A stretch of 64,000 nt of DNA, from positions 121,356 through 185,355 of the forward strand of contig JAHHIM010000003.1 of assembly GCA_019358915.1 (NCBI GenBank). Reading direction: 5' to 3'. This DNA is from Trichormus sp. ATA11-4-KO1 (GTDB lineage Bacteria; Cyanobacteriota; Cyanobacteriia; Cyanobacteriales; Nostocaceae). Positions 1-10,153 of this stretch are shown here, piece by piece; position 1 is the first letter of the stretch; every line of letters starts with the position of its first letter. The notes beneath the pieces were generated by a model. The model searched no databases. It was not told where the DNA came from and saw only the letters and a program-made list of their open reading frames with translations. The position numbers and the translations under genes were made by a program.

Positions 1-10
1 AGCAGCATAA

Positions 11-823
11 ATGGGTATAGTAATGAGTAATATTATTGCCATTTATCGCCGAGAGTTACAGAGTTATTTTGTCTCACCCTTAGCTTATGCGATCGCTAGT
101 GTATTTTGGTTTATTGCTGGGTTATTCCTGGTGACAATTTTGCTGGGGCCAGATGGGATTTTACCGGCCGTGGCACAATTAGATTCCCAAGGACAACAAC
201 TAGGCATACCAATTCCACCAATTGATGTTCCTTACGAATTTGTCCGGGCATTTTTGGATCGCATGGGTTGGCTATTATTATTTATTTTACCTATTCTCTC
301 AATGGGATTGTATGCCGAAGAACGCAAGCGCGGTACTTTGGAACTTTTAGCCACGTCACCAGTTACTAATTGGGCAGTAGCCGTAGGTAAATTATTAGGA
401 GTACTCACATTTTTTACCACGCTGATTGTACCCTTATTCATATTTCAGGCGATCGCGATCAGTGCGTCAAATCCACCCATTTCGCCGACAATTTCCTTAG
501 TGGGTCATTTGGGATTAATCTTGCTAGCAGCAGCAATTCTATCTTTGGGAATGTTTATTTCCTCACTTACAGACAGCACTATTTTGTCTGCTGTCCTCAC
601 CTTCGCTCTGGTTTTATTGCTGTTGTTAGTTGATGTGATTGCCAAAAGTATTGGTGGCCCAGTGGGTGCAGCCTTGGGTCATTTGTCGTTATTAAAACAT
701 TACAACACTCTAATTCAAGGAATTTTTGATACCAGCGCTGTGATTTTATTTGCTAGTTACATTTTTTTGGGCATTTTTCTAACAGCCCAATCAATTGATG
801 CATTGCGATTTCAGCGTCAGTAG
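11..823 (+). CDS. ABC-2 type transporter permease (GldF-like)
   Basis: Six TM segments; motif YAEERKRGTLELLATSP; lies upstream of GldG-like and DUF4340 genes. Confidence 0.85.
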   Translation: MGIVMSNIIAIYRRELQSYFVSPLAYAIASVFWFIAGLFLVTILLGPDGILPAVAQLDSQGQQLGIPIPPIDVPYEFVRAFLDRMGWLLLFILPILSMGLYAEERKRGTLELLATSPVTNWAVAVGKLLGVLTFFTTLIVPLFIFQAIAISASNPPISPTISLVGHLGLILLAAAILSLGMFISSLTDSTILSAVLTFALVLLLLLVDVIAKSIGGPVGAALGHLSLLKHYNTLIQGIFDTSAVILFASYIFLGIFLTAQSIDALRFQRQ

Positions 824-1046
824 TTAATGAAGAGTGCGGAGTTAAAAAACCGCCACACTTCGCGTTGCTTGTACCGAGTGCGAAAGTCCTTCCTTCTTCT
901 TCTTTTGACTCAGCACTCAGCACTGATTAATGATCCATGACCGAAATAATTCAAAATCGCTAAATTCGAGTTTCCATCCTGCGAATTTACTCATGGGCAT
1001 AATTTTTAATTTTTAACTAATAATTTGCAATTAGTAGTGAAGTAAT

Positions 1047-2744
1047 ATGAAAATCAGTAAAAAAAAGCAACTTTGGAAATATTTGTTTTGGCTGGGCCCA
1101 TTCCTGATTGCTGTGGGCTTAACATCTGGGTTAGTTTCTGGAAACTGGGGACTAATTCCCTTGGTATTTCTAATTACAGGGCTTGTTATTAGTGGGTTGT
1201 GGATAGTTTGGCAAAGTCAGCAAACTAAATGGTGGAATCGTCGTTCTACTCAAGCTGGTACTAATGCTTTGGTGGCGATTTTGGCTGTTTTGGTAATTTT
1301 AGGGTTGATTAATTTTTTAGGTACTCGCTACAACCTGCGGACAGACTTAACTGAGGCTCAATTATTTACCCTTGCACCCCAGTCCAAACAATTAGTGCGT
1401 GATTTACCACAGCCAGTAAAAGTTTGGATATTTGATGTTAATCAAAATCCCCAAGACCGGGAGTTGCTGGAAAATTATCGGCGACAAGGCTCAAATTTTC
1501 AGTTTGAATATGTTGACCCGGATAATAGACCAGGACTAGCAAATAAGTTTGGGATTAAAGATTATGGGGAAGTTTACCTGGAATCTGGAGATAATCGCCA
1601 ACTAGTGCAAACAGTCAATGTTAATGAACGCTTATCCGAAATTCGCTTAACAAATCGCCTGCAACAACTTACTAGTGCAACCACAACTCCAGTTTACTTT
1701 CTTCAAGGTCACGGCGAACAGGCGATCGCATCTGGTCAAAATGGCATGTCACAAGCAGTGCAAAGCTTAGGTGACAGAAGTTATACGACATCGCCACTGA
1801 ATTTAGTAGAAAAGTCTACAGTTCCTGAAGATGCGGCTGTGGTTATAGTCGCTGGCCCCAAACGAGAATTATTTGATGGTGAGGTTAAAGCCTTACAAAA
1901 TTATCTCAATGGCGGTGGTAACGCACTACTAATGATTGATCCCAATACCGAAACCAATCTCGACAACTTGTTACAAGAGTGGGGAGTTCGCCTGGATAAT
2001 CGTTTAGTAGTGGATGTCTCTGGTGCAGGTGTGGGACTTGGCCCGGCTGTTCCCATAGTCACTGAATACGGAGGACACCCGATTACAAAAGAGTTTGGTA
2101 ATGGTATTTCTTTTTATCGGTTAGCAAGACCTGTGGAAACTACTCCTGTAGCTGGGATTGAGGCTACTCCATTACTGCGAACCAAACCTTATCCCAACAG
2201 TTGGGCTGAAAGCGACCAAGAAAACGAAAAACTAGAGTTCAATTCTGAAGTAGACCTTCCAGGCCCTCTGACCTTGGGTGTGGCTTTGACAAGAACACAA
2301 CCAGCTAAATCAGCAACCACATCTAGTCCCACGCCTGAAGCAGCGCCGCTACCCTCACCCACAACTGAAGGTCAAGCTATTCCTACTCCCCAGGCTTCAC
2401 CGACACCCTCACCCACAACCGCAGGTCAAGCTAACCCCACTATTCCAACAGCAGAGAAACCTGAACAACCCGCCATTGAGTCACGGTTAGTGGTGATAGG
2501 AGATTCAGATTTCGCCACCAATGGACTATTTGAACAACAACTCAATGGCGACGTATTCCTCAACTCAGTCACATGGCTAAGTCAACAGGATCAGCAACCT
2601 CTTTCAATTCGCCCTAAAGAACCGAGAAACCGTCGGATTAACCTGACAATTGTACAAGCTAGTCTTTTAACATGGTCGTCTTTGTTGATATTACCCCTAA
2701 TTGGATTAGTAGCTGCTGCGATTATCTGGTGGCAACGCAGATAA
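1047..2744 (+). CDS. GldG-family ABC-type transport auxiliary component
   Basis: N-terminal TMs, DLT..LFTLAPQS, VYFLQGHGE, RLVVIGDSDF..N, C-terminal TM; Pro/Thr-rich insert. Confidence 0.85.
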   Translation: MKISKKKQLWKYLFWLGPFLIAVGLTSGLVSGNWGLIPLVFLITGLVISGLWIVWQSQQTKWWNRRSTQAGTNALVAILAVLVILGLINFLGTRYNLRTDLTEAQLFTLAPQSKQLVRDLPQPVKVWIFDVNQNPQDRELLENYRRQGSNFQFEYVDPDNRPGLANKFGIKDYGEVYLESGDNRQLVQTVNVNERLSEIRLTNRLQQLTSATTTPVYFLQGHGEQAIASGQNGMSQAVQSLGDRSYTTSPLNLVEKSTVPEDAAVVIVAGPKRELFDGEVKALQNYLNGGGNALLMIDPNTETNLDNLLQEWGVRLDNRLVVDVSGAGVGLGPAVPIVTEYGGHPITKEFGNGISFYRLARPVETTPVAGIEATPLLRTKPYPNSWAESDQENEKLEFNSEVDLPGPLTLGVALTRTQPAKSATTSSPTPEAAPLPSPTTEGQAIPTPQASPTPSPTTAGQANPTIPTAEKPEQPAIESRLVVIGDSDFATNGLFEQQLNGDVFLNSVTWLSQQDQQPLSIRPKEPRNRRINLTIVQASLLTWSSLLILPLIGLVAAAIIWWQRR

Positions 2745-2803
2745 GGTAAAAAGTGAAAATCTTTTTCAGCTTTTACTTTGATTAAAATCAGGATTTATTA
2801 ACA

Positions 2804-3406
2804 ATGAAATTACCACGAACGACTTTAGTTTTAGTATTGCTAGCGTTGGGGTTGGGTGGGTTTGTCTATTTTTACGAAATTCGAGGTGCAACTCAGCGAG
2901 CAGAAATTAAGGAGCAAAAACAGCAAATTTTCTCGTTTGCAGAAGATGATGTGCAGTCTTTGATAATTAAGACAAAAGATATCACTCTCAACTTACAACG
3001 TAACACTCAATCGAAGAATCCCAAGTGGTTGCTTACGTCCCCAACATCAGAACCAGCAAATGATGGTGTTGTTGCATATTTACTGGATTTATTGGTAAAA
3101 GGTACAAGCGATCGCACTTTATCAACACCAGCTAATCAGCTAGGGAATTTTGGTTTAGATCAACCTCTGGCAACTATTAATATTAATTTGAAAAATCAGC
3201 AAACTCATCAGTTAATTTTAGGTAATCCTGCTTTTAATCGTCGTTTTTTATATGCTCAAACTGGTTCAGATGCTCAACCAAATGGTAATGTAGATGTACT
3301 GCTAGTCTCTACAGATTTTGAAAATGCAGTAAATCGGGAAATTTCAGAATGGAAACAAGCCGCAGAGCCAAGCACTGCTGAAACAACTCCAGAAAAAGAC
3401 CAATAA
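2804..3406 (+). CDS. DUF4340-domain protein
   Basis: N-terminal TM, FGLDQP motif; usual third gene of the Gld-like ABC operon. Confidence 0.75.
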   Translation: MKLPRTTLVLVLLALGLGGFVYFYEIRGATQRAEIKEQKQQIFSFAEDDVQSLIIKTKDITLNLQRNTQSKNPKWLLTSPTSEPANDGVVAYLLDLLVKGTSDRTLSTPANQLGNFGLDQPLATININLKNQQTHQLILGNPAFNRRFLYAQTGSDAQPNGNVDVLLVSTDFENAVNREISEWKQAAEPSTAETTPEKDQ

Positions 3407-3446
3407 AACATGATATGAGGGATAACAAAGGCGATAGTCCGCAGTT

Positions 3447-3632
3447 ATGTACCCAAAAATACCAACTCCCAAGCAAACCTTTGAATTTTTCTTAGTTTGC
3501 GTCAGATTAAGTAATGTACTTCAACCAATTAACGTGGTCAGGCTAGATGAGAGAACAAATCAAATCTATGTCTTAGCTGGCGAGGGGACAGAAATACTGA
3601 TTTACCCAAATGGTAAAGTGAGGTTTTTATGA
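3447..3632 (+). CDS. small cyanobacterial protein, DUF6888-like
   Basis: PT..Q....C..LSN..QPI...R.D......IY.LAG pattern; overlaps next gene (ATGA). Confidence 0.6.
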   Translation: MYPKIPTPKQTFEFFLVCVRLSNVLQPINVVRLDERTNQIYVLAGEGTEILIYPNGKVRFL

Positions 3633-3823
3633 CCGAGATCAATTTTGCCGCAATGAACAGAGAGCAACTCAGAGAATATGTGAAAACACATCCGCAAGAC
3701 CAAGCTGCATTCTATGCATACATGGACAGACTGCAAAGCGAACCGGGAATTGAGATAACTTCAATGGATCAATTTGAGCGACTGGTTAGAGAAAAAATTA
3801 GACAATCCCCAGCAGAGGAATAA
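3629..3823 (+). CDS. small cyanobacterial protein, DUF6887-like
   Basis: NFAAM.REQLREYV..HP.D..AFYAYMDR pattern; translationally coupled to the upstream gene. Confidence 0.65.
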   Translation: MTEINFAAMNREQLREYVKTHPQDQAAFYAYMDRLQSEPGIEITSMDQFERLVREKIRQSPAEE

Positions 3824-3837
3824 CCCAAAATTAGAAT

Positions 3838-4692
3838 ATGACGAATCCAACTGCAACTTTGCTCATTTCCTGCCCTGACCAAAGAGGATTAGTAGCAAAA
3901 TTTGCCAATTTTATTTATGCTAATGGTGGTAATATTATTCATGCAGACCAGCATACAGATTTTGCTGCTGAATTATTTCTTACCCGGATTGAATGGCAGT
4001 TAGATGGATTTAATTTGCCACGAGAATTTATTGCTCCGGCATTTAATGCGATCGCTGGGCCTTTGAATGCTAAGTGGGAACTACACTTTTCTGATACCAT
4101 TCCGCGCATTGCTATTTGGGTTAGTCGTCAAGACCATTGTTTATTTGATTTAATTTGGCGACAACGTGCTAAAGAGTTTGCAGCAGAAATTCCCCTAATT
4201 ATCAGTAACCATCCTCATTTACAGGTAGTAGCAGAGCAATTTGGCATTGATTTCCACCATATTCCGATTACTAAAGATAACAAAACTGAACAGGAAGCCC
4301 AACAATTAGAATTACTGCGACAATACAAGATTGATTTGGTAGTTTTGGCAAAATATATGCAAGTTGTTAGTGCAGATTTTATTACCCAATTCCCGCAAAT
4401 TATTAATATTCATCATTCATTTTTGCCAGCGTTTGTCGGAGCAAATCCCTACCATCGAGCATTTGAACGTGGTGTGAAAATTATTGGAGCAACGGCTCAT
4501 TACGCCACTGCTGACTTAGATGCAGGGCCGATTATTGAACAAGATGTGGTGAGAGTTAGTCACCGGGATGAAGTTGATGATTTAATTAGAAAAGGTAAAG
4601 ATTTAGAGCGGGTGGTATTAGCAAGAGCAGTGCGTTTACACTTGCAAAATCGTGTTTTGATATATGCAAATCGGACAGTAGTATTTGGGTAA
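3838..4692 (+). CDS. purU: formyltetrahydrofolate deformylase
   Basis: ACT domain SCPDQRGLV; INIHHSFLPAF, GATAHY, LDAGPIIEQ. Confidence 0.97.
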   Translation: MTNPTATLLISCPDQRGLVAKFANFIYANGGNIIHADQHTDFAAELFLTRIEWQLDGFNLPREFIAPAFNAIAGPLNAKWELHFSDTIPRIAIWVSRQDHCLFDLIWRQRAKEFAAEIPLIISNHPHLQVVAEQFGIDFHHIPITKDNKTEQEAQQLELLRQYKIDLVVLAKYMQVVSADFITQFPQIINIHHSFLPAFVGANPYHRAFERGVKIIGATAHYATADLDAGPIIEQDVVRVSHRDEVDDLIRKGKDLERVVLARAVRLHLQNRVLIYANRTVVFG

Positions 4693-4700
4693 TTGCAAAT

Positions 4701-5090
4701 TTAATAAGATTTACCATCACTACCAAAATATTCCCGATAGCTACAAATTTTATCTCCACGCACATCAAAAGAAACTGCTACTCTATTTTTGTAAGGCTGT
4801 CCTAATAAACACCCCTCATCCCGAAACTCAAAAACAACTGTGGTCTCATTGCTGGTAATACGGTCTAAGGAAGTTAGTTGTAGTCCTGGATTGAAGGATG
4901 CAGATACATAATTAAAAAATTCTTTAGCTCTTTCTTTTCCCTCATTCAATCCGTGGAATTTTCCCATAGGAAACCAAAAGGTAAAATCTTCTGTGAGCAT
5001 ATCAAGAAATGCTTCCCATTCCCCTGTAGCTAAACCGTGTGTAAATTTATCAAATGCCTCTTGAGCGATTTTTAAAGTGTTTTCTAGCAT
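4701..5090 (-). CDS. SnoaL/NTF2-like protein
   Basis: 129 aa; FLDMLTEDFTFWFP and YKNRVAVSFDVRGDKICSYREYF. Confidence 0.8.
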   Translation of the reverse strand: MLENTLKIAQEAFDKFTHGLATGEWEAFLDMLTEDFTFWFPMGKFHGLNEGKERAKEFFNYVSASFNPGLQLTSLDRITSNETTVVFEFRDEGCLLGQPYKNRVAVSFDVRGDKICSYREYFGSDGKSY

Positions 5091-5144
5091 TTTTACTACT
5101 CTTTAGTATCTAATAGGACTTACGCAACTGGCACAACATTTTAG

Positions 5145-5594
5145 TTTGCCAATAAGATAGGCTTTCCCGCACACGGTTTAGTAGTCATGTTTAGTGAATC
5201 TCCTCAATGTAGTCAGCAAGTTATTAAAGGGATTATTACAGCAGAAAAACTTGTAGAAGCTGTAAATTTCGTGCTGGAAAATTCGCCGACAGGTAAAGCG
5301 CATCTGGAAACAGATATGCGGGCAATGTATAATCCTACACGTATGAATAATATTGCCAAAGCTACTCAAGATTTGGTCAGAAAAATTAAAAGTCTTTGTC
5401 CAAAATGTTCTACGCCTGGTTTTGAAATTAGACAAAGAATTCCGGGGTTACCTCGTGCAATATGTTACATGCCAACTTCTTTGACGCTGACCGTGATTTA
5501 TCAATGTCAAAAATGCGGTTTTAGTCAAGAAAGACCATTTCCCCATGACAGTAAATATGCCGACCCAGCACAATGTATGTATTGTAATCCATAG
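5145..5594 (+). pseudogene. 5'-truncated DUF6671-like Cys-rich protein (C-terminal half only)
   Basis: In-frame FANKIGFPAHGLVVM continues into ETDMRAMYNPTRM, CPKC and DPAQCMYCNP; no room for an N-terminal half before the divergent gene at 5090. Confidence 0.65.
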
Positions 5595-5773
5595 ATTTGA
5601 TGGGCGTTGTGCAAAATCAATGCAAGATTTAATGATAAAAATAGATAAATATGATAATTATTTAGTTTTAAATAACTAATGAGTTTCTTAAAGAATTGAC
5701 ATTTTACAAACCTAGTGCAATTGGATAAACATAAGAGTTAAGAATACTCAAAGATGTTTGGAGGTAGCAATGT

Positions 5774-7489
5774 ATGGTTGCACTCACTACTCAACAGCAA
5801 GGTCGCTTGACCATGCAAACAGTCGAGATTGGCGCTCAAACCACAGCTATTCGCTCTCTTGACTGGGATCGCGATCGCTTTGATATTGAGTTCGAGTTGC
5901 ACAACGGTACAACCTATAACTCGTTTCTGATTCAAGGTGAAAAAATAGCCCTGATTGACACCTCTCACCGCAAGTTCCAGCAGTTGTATTTGGATATATT
6001 GACAGGGTTAATTGATTTCTCAACCCTGGACTATTTGATTATTAGCCATACCGAACCAGATCACAGTGGTTTGGTTAAGGAAGTATTGCAGTTAGCTCCC
6101 CAAGTAACGGTAGTTGGGGCTAAAGTTGCCATCCAGTTTCTGCAAAATATGGTGCATCAGCCATTCTCATCCCTGATTGTCAAAAATGGCGATCGCTTGG
6201 ATTTAGGTAATGGACATGAGTTGGAATTCGTTTCTGCTCCCAATTTGCACTGGCCAGATACTATTTTCACCTACGATATCAAAACTCGTATCCTGTTTAC
6301 CTGTGATGCCTTCGGGATGCACTACTGTGATGACCACACATTTGATGAAGATCCAGAACTAATAGCAGCAGATTTTCAATATTACTACAACTGTCTCATG
6401 GCTCCAAATGCCCGTTCTGTTCTGTCTGCCATTAAGCGGATAGAAAAATTAGATGTGGAGATGATCGCCACAGGACACGGGCCTTTATTGCAATATTACC
6501 TGTCAGACTGGGTGAATCGCTACCAGCAATGGAGTCAGGAACAGGCAAAAGTAGATACTTTAGTTGCCCTATTTTACTCGGAAGATTACGGTTGGAGCGA
6601 TCAATTGGCAAGGGCGATCGCCCACGGTATCCAGAGGAATGGCGTAGCGGTGGAACTGGTAGATTTAAGTACTGCTGAACCCCATGAAGTCCGGGAATTA
6701 GTCAACCAAGCCGCAGGTTTAGTCATGGGAATGCCATCCCAATGCGATCAAAATGCCCATGCGGTTTTAGGTACTATTCTCGCAGCTGCACACAACAAAC
6801 AAGCCATAGGATTATTTGAAACTGGCGGCGGAGAAGATGAACCAATTTATCCTTTACGCAACAAGTTTCAAGAAATTGGACTAACTGAAGCTTTCCCCCC
6901 GATTCTGATTAAACAACCACCAACGCAGATCACCGAACAGATATGTGATGAAGCCGGGACAGATATCGGACAGTGGCTAACTCGCGATCGCACAATCAAG
7001 CAAATGAAGTCCCTAGATAATGATTTAGAACGGGCATTGGGACGATTGAGCAGTGGACTTTATATTATTACTGCTCGTAAAGGAGACGTAAAGAGTGCCA
7101 TGTTAGCCTCTTGGGTGACACAAGCAAGCATCAACCCTTTAGGAATTGCCATTGCAGTTGCCAAGGATCGAGCCATTGAATCATTACTTCATGTAGGCGA
7201 TCGCTTTGTTCTCAACGTCTTAGAAGAAGATAATTACCAAAGCTTGATGAAACACTTCCTCAAGCGTTTCTCTCCTGGTGCAGATCGGTTTGCAGATATC
7301 AAAACCTATACTGCTAGCAATGGCTGTCCGATTTTGGTAGATACACTGGCATACATGGAATGTGAAGTCACCAGCCGCATGGAGTGCAGCGATCACTGGA
7401 TTATTTACAGCAGTATACAAACCGGCAGAGTCGCCAAACTAGATGCCCTCACCGCCATTCACCACCGCAAAGTGGGAAATCATTATTAA
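5774..7489 (+). CDS. flv4: flavodiiron protein Flv4
   Basis: Beta-lactamase-like diiron domain with canonical HTEPDH, then flavodoxin and flavin-reductase domains; first gene of the flv4-sll0218-flv2 arrangement. Confidence 0.85.
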   Translation: MVALTTQQQGRLTMQTVEIGAQTTAIRSLDWDRDRFDIEFELHNGTTYNSFLIQGEKIALIDTSHRKFQQLYLDILTGLIDFSTLDYLIISHTEPDHSGLVKEVLQLAPQVTVVGAKVAIQFLQNMVHQPFSSLIVKNGDRLDLGNGHELEFVSAPNLHWPDTIFTYDIKTRILFTCDAFGMHYCDDHTFDEDPELIAADFQYYYNCLMAPNARSVLSAIKRIEKLDVEMIATGHGPLLQYYLSDWVNRYQQWSQEQAKVDTLVALFYSEDYGWSDQLARAIAHGIQRNGVAVELVDLSTAEPHEVRELVNQAAGLVMGMPSQCDQNAHAVLGTILAAAHNKQAIGLFETGGGEDEPIYPLRNKFQEIGLTEAFPPILIKQPPTQITEQICDEAGTDIGQWLTRDRTIKQMKSLDNDLERALGRLSSGLYIITARKGDVKSAMLASWVTQASINPLGIAIAVAKDRAIESLLHVGDRFVLNVLEEDNYQSLMKHFLKRFSPGADRFADIKTYTASNGCPILVDTLAYMECEVTSRMECSDHWIIYSSIQTGRVAKLDALTAIHHRKVGNHY

Positions 7490-7561
7490 GAAAGGTTACA
7501 GGGGACAAGGGGACAAGGAGAGATTACTAATATTAAGTTCTTCTCCCCATCCCCCTATCCC

Positions 7562-7734
7562 CAGGGCTGTTTCATTCGCTTGTGTTGGAGATTTGTCAAG
7601 AGGATAATCTCACGCAAAGGCGCAAAGACGCAAAGAAAAATCAGGTATTTCGGACTGAAGATGCCAAAATTTTTGGTCTTAATTGTGGATTTGCCCTTGC
7701 AATTTTAACCCTTTTAGGGAACGAATCAGCCCTG
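7562..7734. mobile_element. MITE (173 bp) with 16-bp TIRs and a ~10-bp target duplication
   Basis: CAGGGCTGTTTCATTC ... GAACGAATCAGCCCTG (2 mismatches); flanks CCCCTATCCC / CCCCTATCTC. Confidence 0.75.
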
Positions 7735-7789
7735 CCCCTATCTCCCCATCCCCCCACTCTCCATTTACTTTCATCAGGGTATTTAAATA

Positions 7790-8320
7790 ATGCTGTTACT
7801 CAAAGACGTGCCAGTTAAACCCGTGAAGCGGGAAAGTTGGTTAAACCTGGGTCGAATTGTGCAAGCACTGGAATTGATTCAGGACTTGATTGTAATTTCG
7901 CTGTGCATCGGGCTATTTAGCTTTATGGTGCTGCAAATCCGCACTATGTTTCTCTCTTTGATTCCGCCGGTTCAGTTCCACGTTGTCATGGCAGATATTC
8001 TGTCATTGCTGATTTTAGTAGAGTTATTCCGCTTATTGATCATTTACTTGCAAGAGCAACGAGTCTCGATTGGTGTTGCTGTAGAAGTTTCGATTGTTTC
8101 TGTATTGCGAGAAATGATTGTGCGTGGCGTGCTAGAAACGGCATTTGTGCAAGTTTTAGCTGCTTGTGCTTTTTTACTGGTTTTAGGCATGTTGATGGTT
8201 CTGAGAGTTTGGCTACCGCCAACCTTTGAAGGTATTGATCCGGAACACCAAGTCTCAAAGCGGTACAAAAAGCGTTTTGCTCAAGAAATGGCTGAAGTAA
8301 ATAATCATGCCGATGTATAG
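7790..8320 (+). CDS. Sll0218-like PsiE-family membrane protein
   Basis: 4 TMs, LILVELFRLL..Y and EVSIVSVLRE; lies between the two flv genes. Confidence 0.85.
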   Translation: MLLLKDVPVKPVKRESWLNLGRIVQALELIQDLIVISLCIGLFSFMVLQIRTMFLSLIPPVQFHVVMADILSLLILVELFRLLIIYLQEQRVSIGVAVEVSIVSVLREMIVRGVLETAFVQVLAACAFLLVLGMLMVLRVWLPPTFEGIDPEHQVSKRYKKRFAQEMAEVNNHADV

Positions 8321-8363
8321 ATAGTTTTTCATCGCTAGTTCTTTATTCACCATCAACTAATTT

Positions 8364-10103
8364 ATGTCTCTCCCATCTTCTACCCCGACAAACACACGCC
8401 CTCGTGACGTTCAAGTTGCTGAAATTAGTACTAATACCTTAGTTTTGCGATCGCGGACTTGGGAACGCCTCAAATTTGAGGTTGAATACGCCCAGCAAAA
8501 AGGAACAACAGCCAATTCCTATCTCATTCAAAGCGATCGCACTGCTTTAATTGATCCTCCTGGGGAGTCTTTTACCCAAATTTTTTTGCAAGAATTACAA
8601 CAACATCTGGATTTAACGCAGTTAAATTACATCATTCTCAATCACGTCAATCCCAATCGGATGGCAACTCTGAAATTTCTCCTGGAACAAGCACCCCAAG
8701 CCAAAATAATCTGTACCAAACCTGGTGCAAATGCTATGAAAGCGAATTTTCCTAACTGGGTGCCAAAAATTCAGCTTGTCCATTCTGGAGATACTCTCGA
8801 CTTGGGAGCAGGACATCAACTACAATTCGTCACTGTACCAACTCCCCGTTGGGCAGATGGATTGTGTACTTATGACTCTGCCACTTGTATTCTCTATACT
8901 GATAAGTTCTTTGGGGTTCATGTCTGTAGTGATGTTCTCTTTGATGAGGACTGGAAGCAACTGGATGAGGATCGGCACTACTATTTTGATTGTCTCCACG
9001 CCACCCAGGCAAAACAAGTTGAAGTAGCTTTAGAGAAATTAGCACCCTTGAGAACTAAATTCTACGCCCCTGGTCATGGACCGATTATCCGCTATAGCCT
9101 CAGTCGCTTTACTTACGATTACCGTCAATGGTGTCAGGAACAAAAAACCCAACAATTGCGAGTTGCTTTGCTTTATGCTTCTGCTTACGGTAATACAGCC
9201 ACATTAGCGCAGGCGATCGCCCAAGGTTTAATTCAAAGTGGAGTTGCTGTCGAATCAATTAACTGTGAACTGGTAGATGCTACCGAGGTTACCCATGCTG
9301 TTGAAACTTGCGATGGTTTTATCATTGGTTCTCCGACTTTAGGCGGTCATGCACCTACCCAAATCCAAACTGCCTTGGGGATTATCCTGTCAACGGCGGC
9401 GAAAACTAAGTTAGCTGGAGTTTTTGGTTCCTATGGCTGGAGTGGTGAAGCCGTTGATCTAATTGAAAGTAAATTGCTGGATGCCAATTTCCGTTTGGGT
9501 TTTAACCCTATTCGCGTTCGCTTCAGTCCCACTGAAATTACCTTGCAACAGTGCCAAGATGCCGGAGCAGAATTCGCCCAAGTCTTAAAAAAGAAGAAAA
9601 AACTGCGTGTTCCTCGCCAAGCTTTGACAGCAGCGCAGGTTAACCGGACAGAACAAGCTGTTGGGCGGATCATCGGTTCTCTGTGCGTTCTGACTGCACG
9701 ACGGAACGATCATCATAATGGTATTTTGACATCTTGGGTATCCCAAGCTACCTTCAATCCCCCTGGGTTGATGATGGCCATTGCCCAAGAACAAAATGCT
9801 GACCTTCTCATGCATCCAGGCGAGCAATTCGTCCTGAACATCCTCAAAGAAGGACGCAACCTGCGGCGACATTTCTCCTATCACAGCACGACAGTAAACT
9901 CTTTTGCTCAATTAGCGAGTAAAACCACTGACAACGGTTGCTTGATTCTCAGCGATGCTCTCGCCTATTTAGAATGTACTGTCCAAAATCGCATGGAATG
10001 TGGCGATCGCTGGTTAATTTATGCGACTGTGAACAAAGGAGAAGTCCTAGAAACTATCGGTGTCACTGCAATCCAGCACCGCAAATCGGGTAGCCACTAT
10101 TAA
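8364..10103 (+). CDS. flv2: flavodiiron protein Flv2
   Basis: Flv1/2-type non-canonical ligand set (HVNPNR), RSRTWERLKFEVEY; last gene of the operon. Confidence 0.85.
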   Translation: MSLPSSTPTNTRPRDVQVAEISTNTLVLRSRTWERLKFEVEYAQQKGTTANSYLIQSDRTALIDPPGESFTQIFLQELQQHLDLTQLNYIILNHVNPNRMATLKFLLEQAPQAKIICTKPGANAMKANFPNWVPKIQLVHSGDTLDLGAGHQLQFVTVPTPRWADGLCTYDSATCILYTDKFFGVHVCSDVLFDEDWKQLDEDRHYYFDCLHATQAKQVEVALEKLAPLRTKFYAPGHGPIIRYSLSRFTYDYRQWCQEQKTQQLRVALLYASAYGNTATLAQAIAQGLIQSGVAVESINCELVDATEVTHAVETCDGFIIGSPTLGGHAPTQIQTALGIILSTAAKTKLAGVFGSYGWSGEAVDLIESKLLDANFRLGFNPIRVRFSPTEITLQQCQDAGAEFAQVLKKKKKLRVPRQALTAAQVNRTEQAVGRIIGSLCVLTARRNDHHNGILTSWVSQATFNPPGLMMAIAQEQNADLLMHPGEQFVLNILKEGRNLRRHFSYHSTTVNSFAQLASKTTDNGCLILSDALAYLECTVQNRMECGDRWLIYATVNKGEVLETIGVTAIQHRKSGSHY

Positions 10104-10153
10104 TCTGAACTTCTTCTATCAGCTGCTAATGCAATCGCTGCTTTTCTGTTTCG

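Noticed and set aside
7582..7818. 78-aa ORF between flv4 and the sll0218 homolog
   Set aside because: Translation of MITE and repeat sequence (TQRRKDAK)
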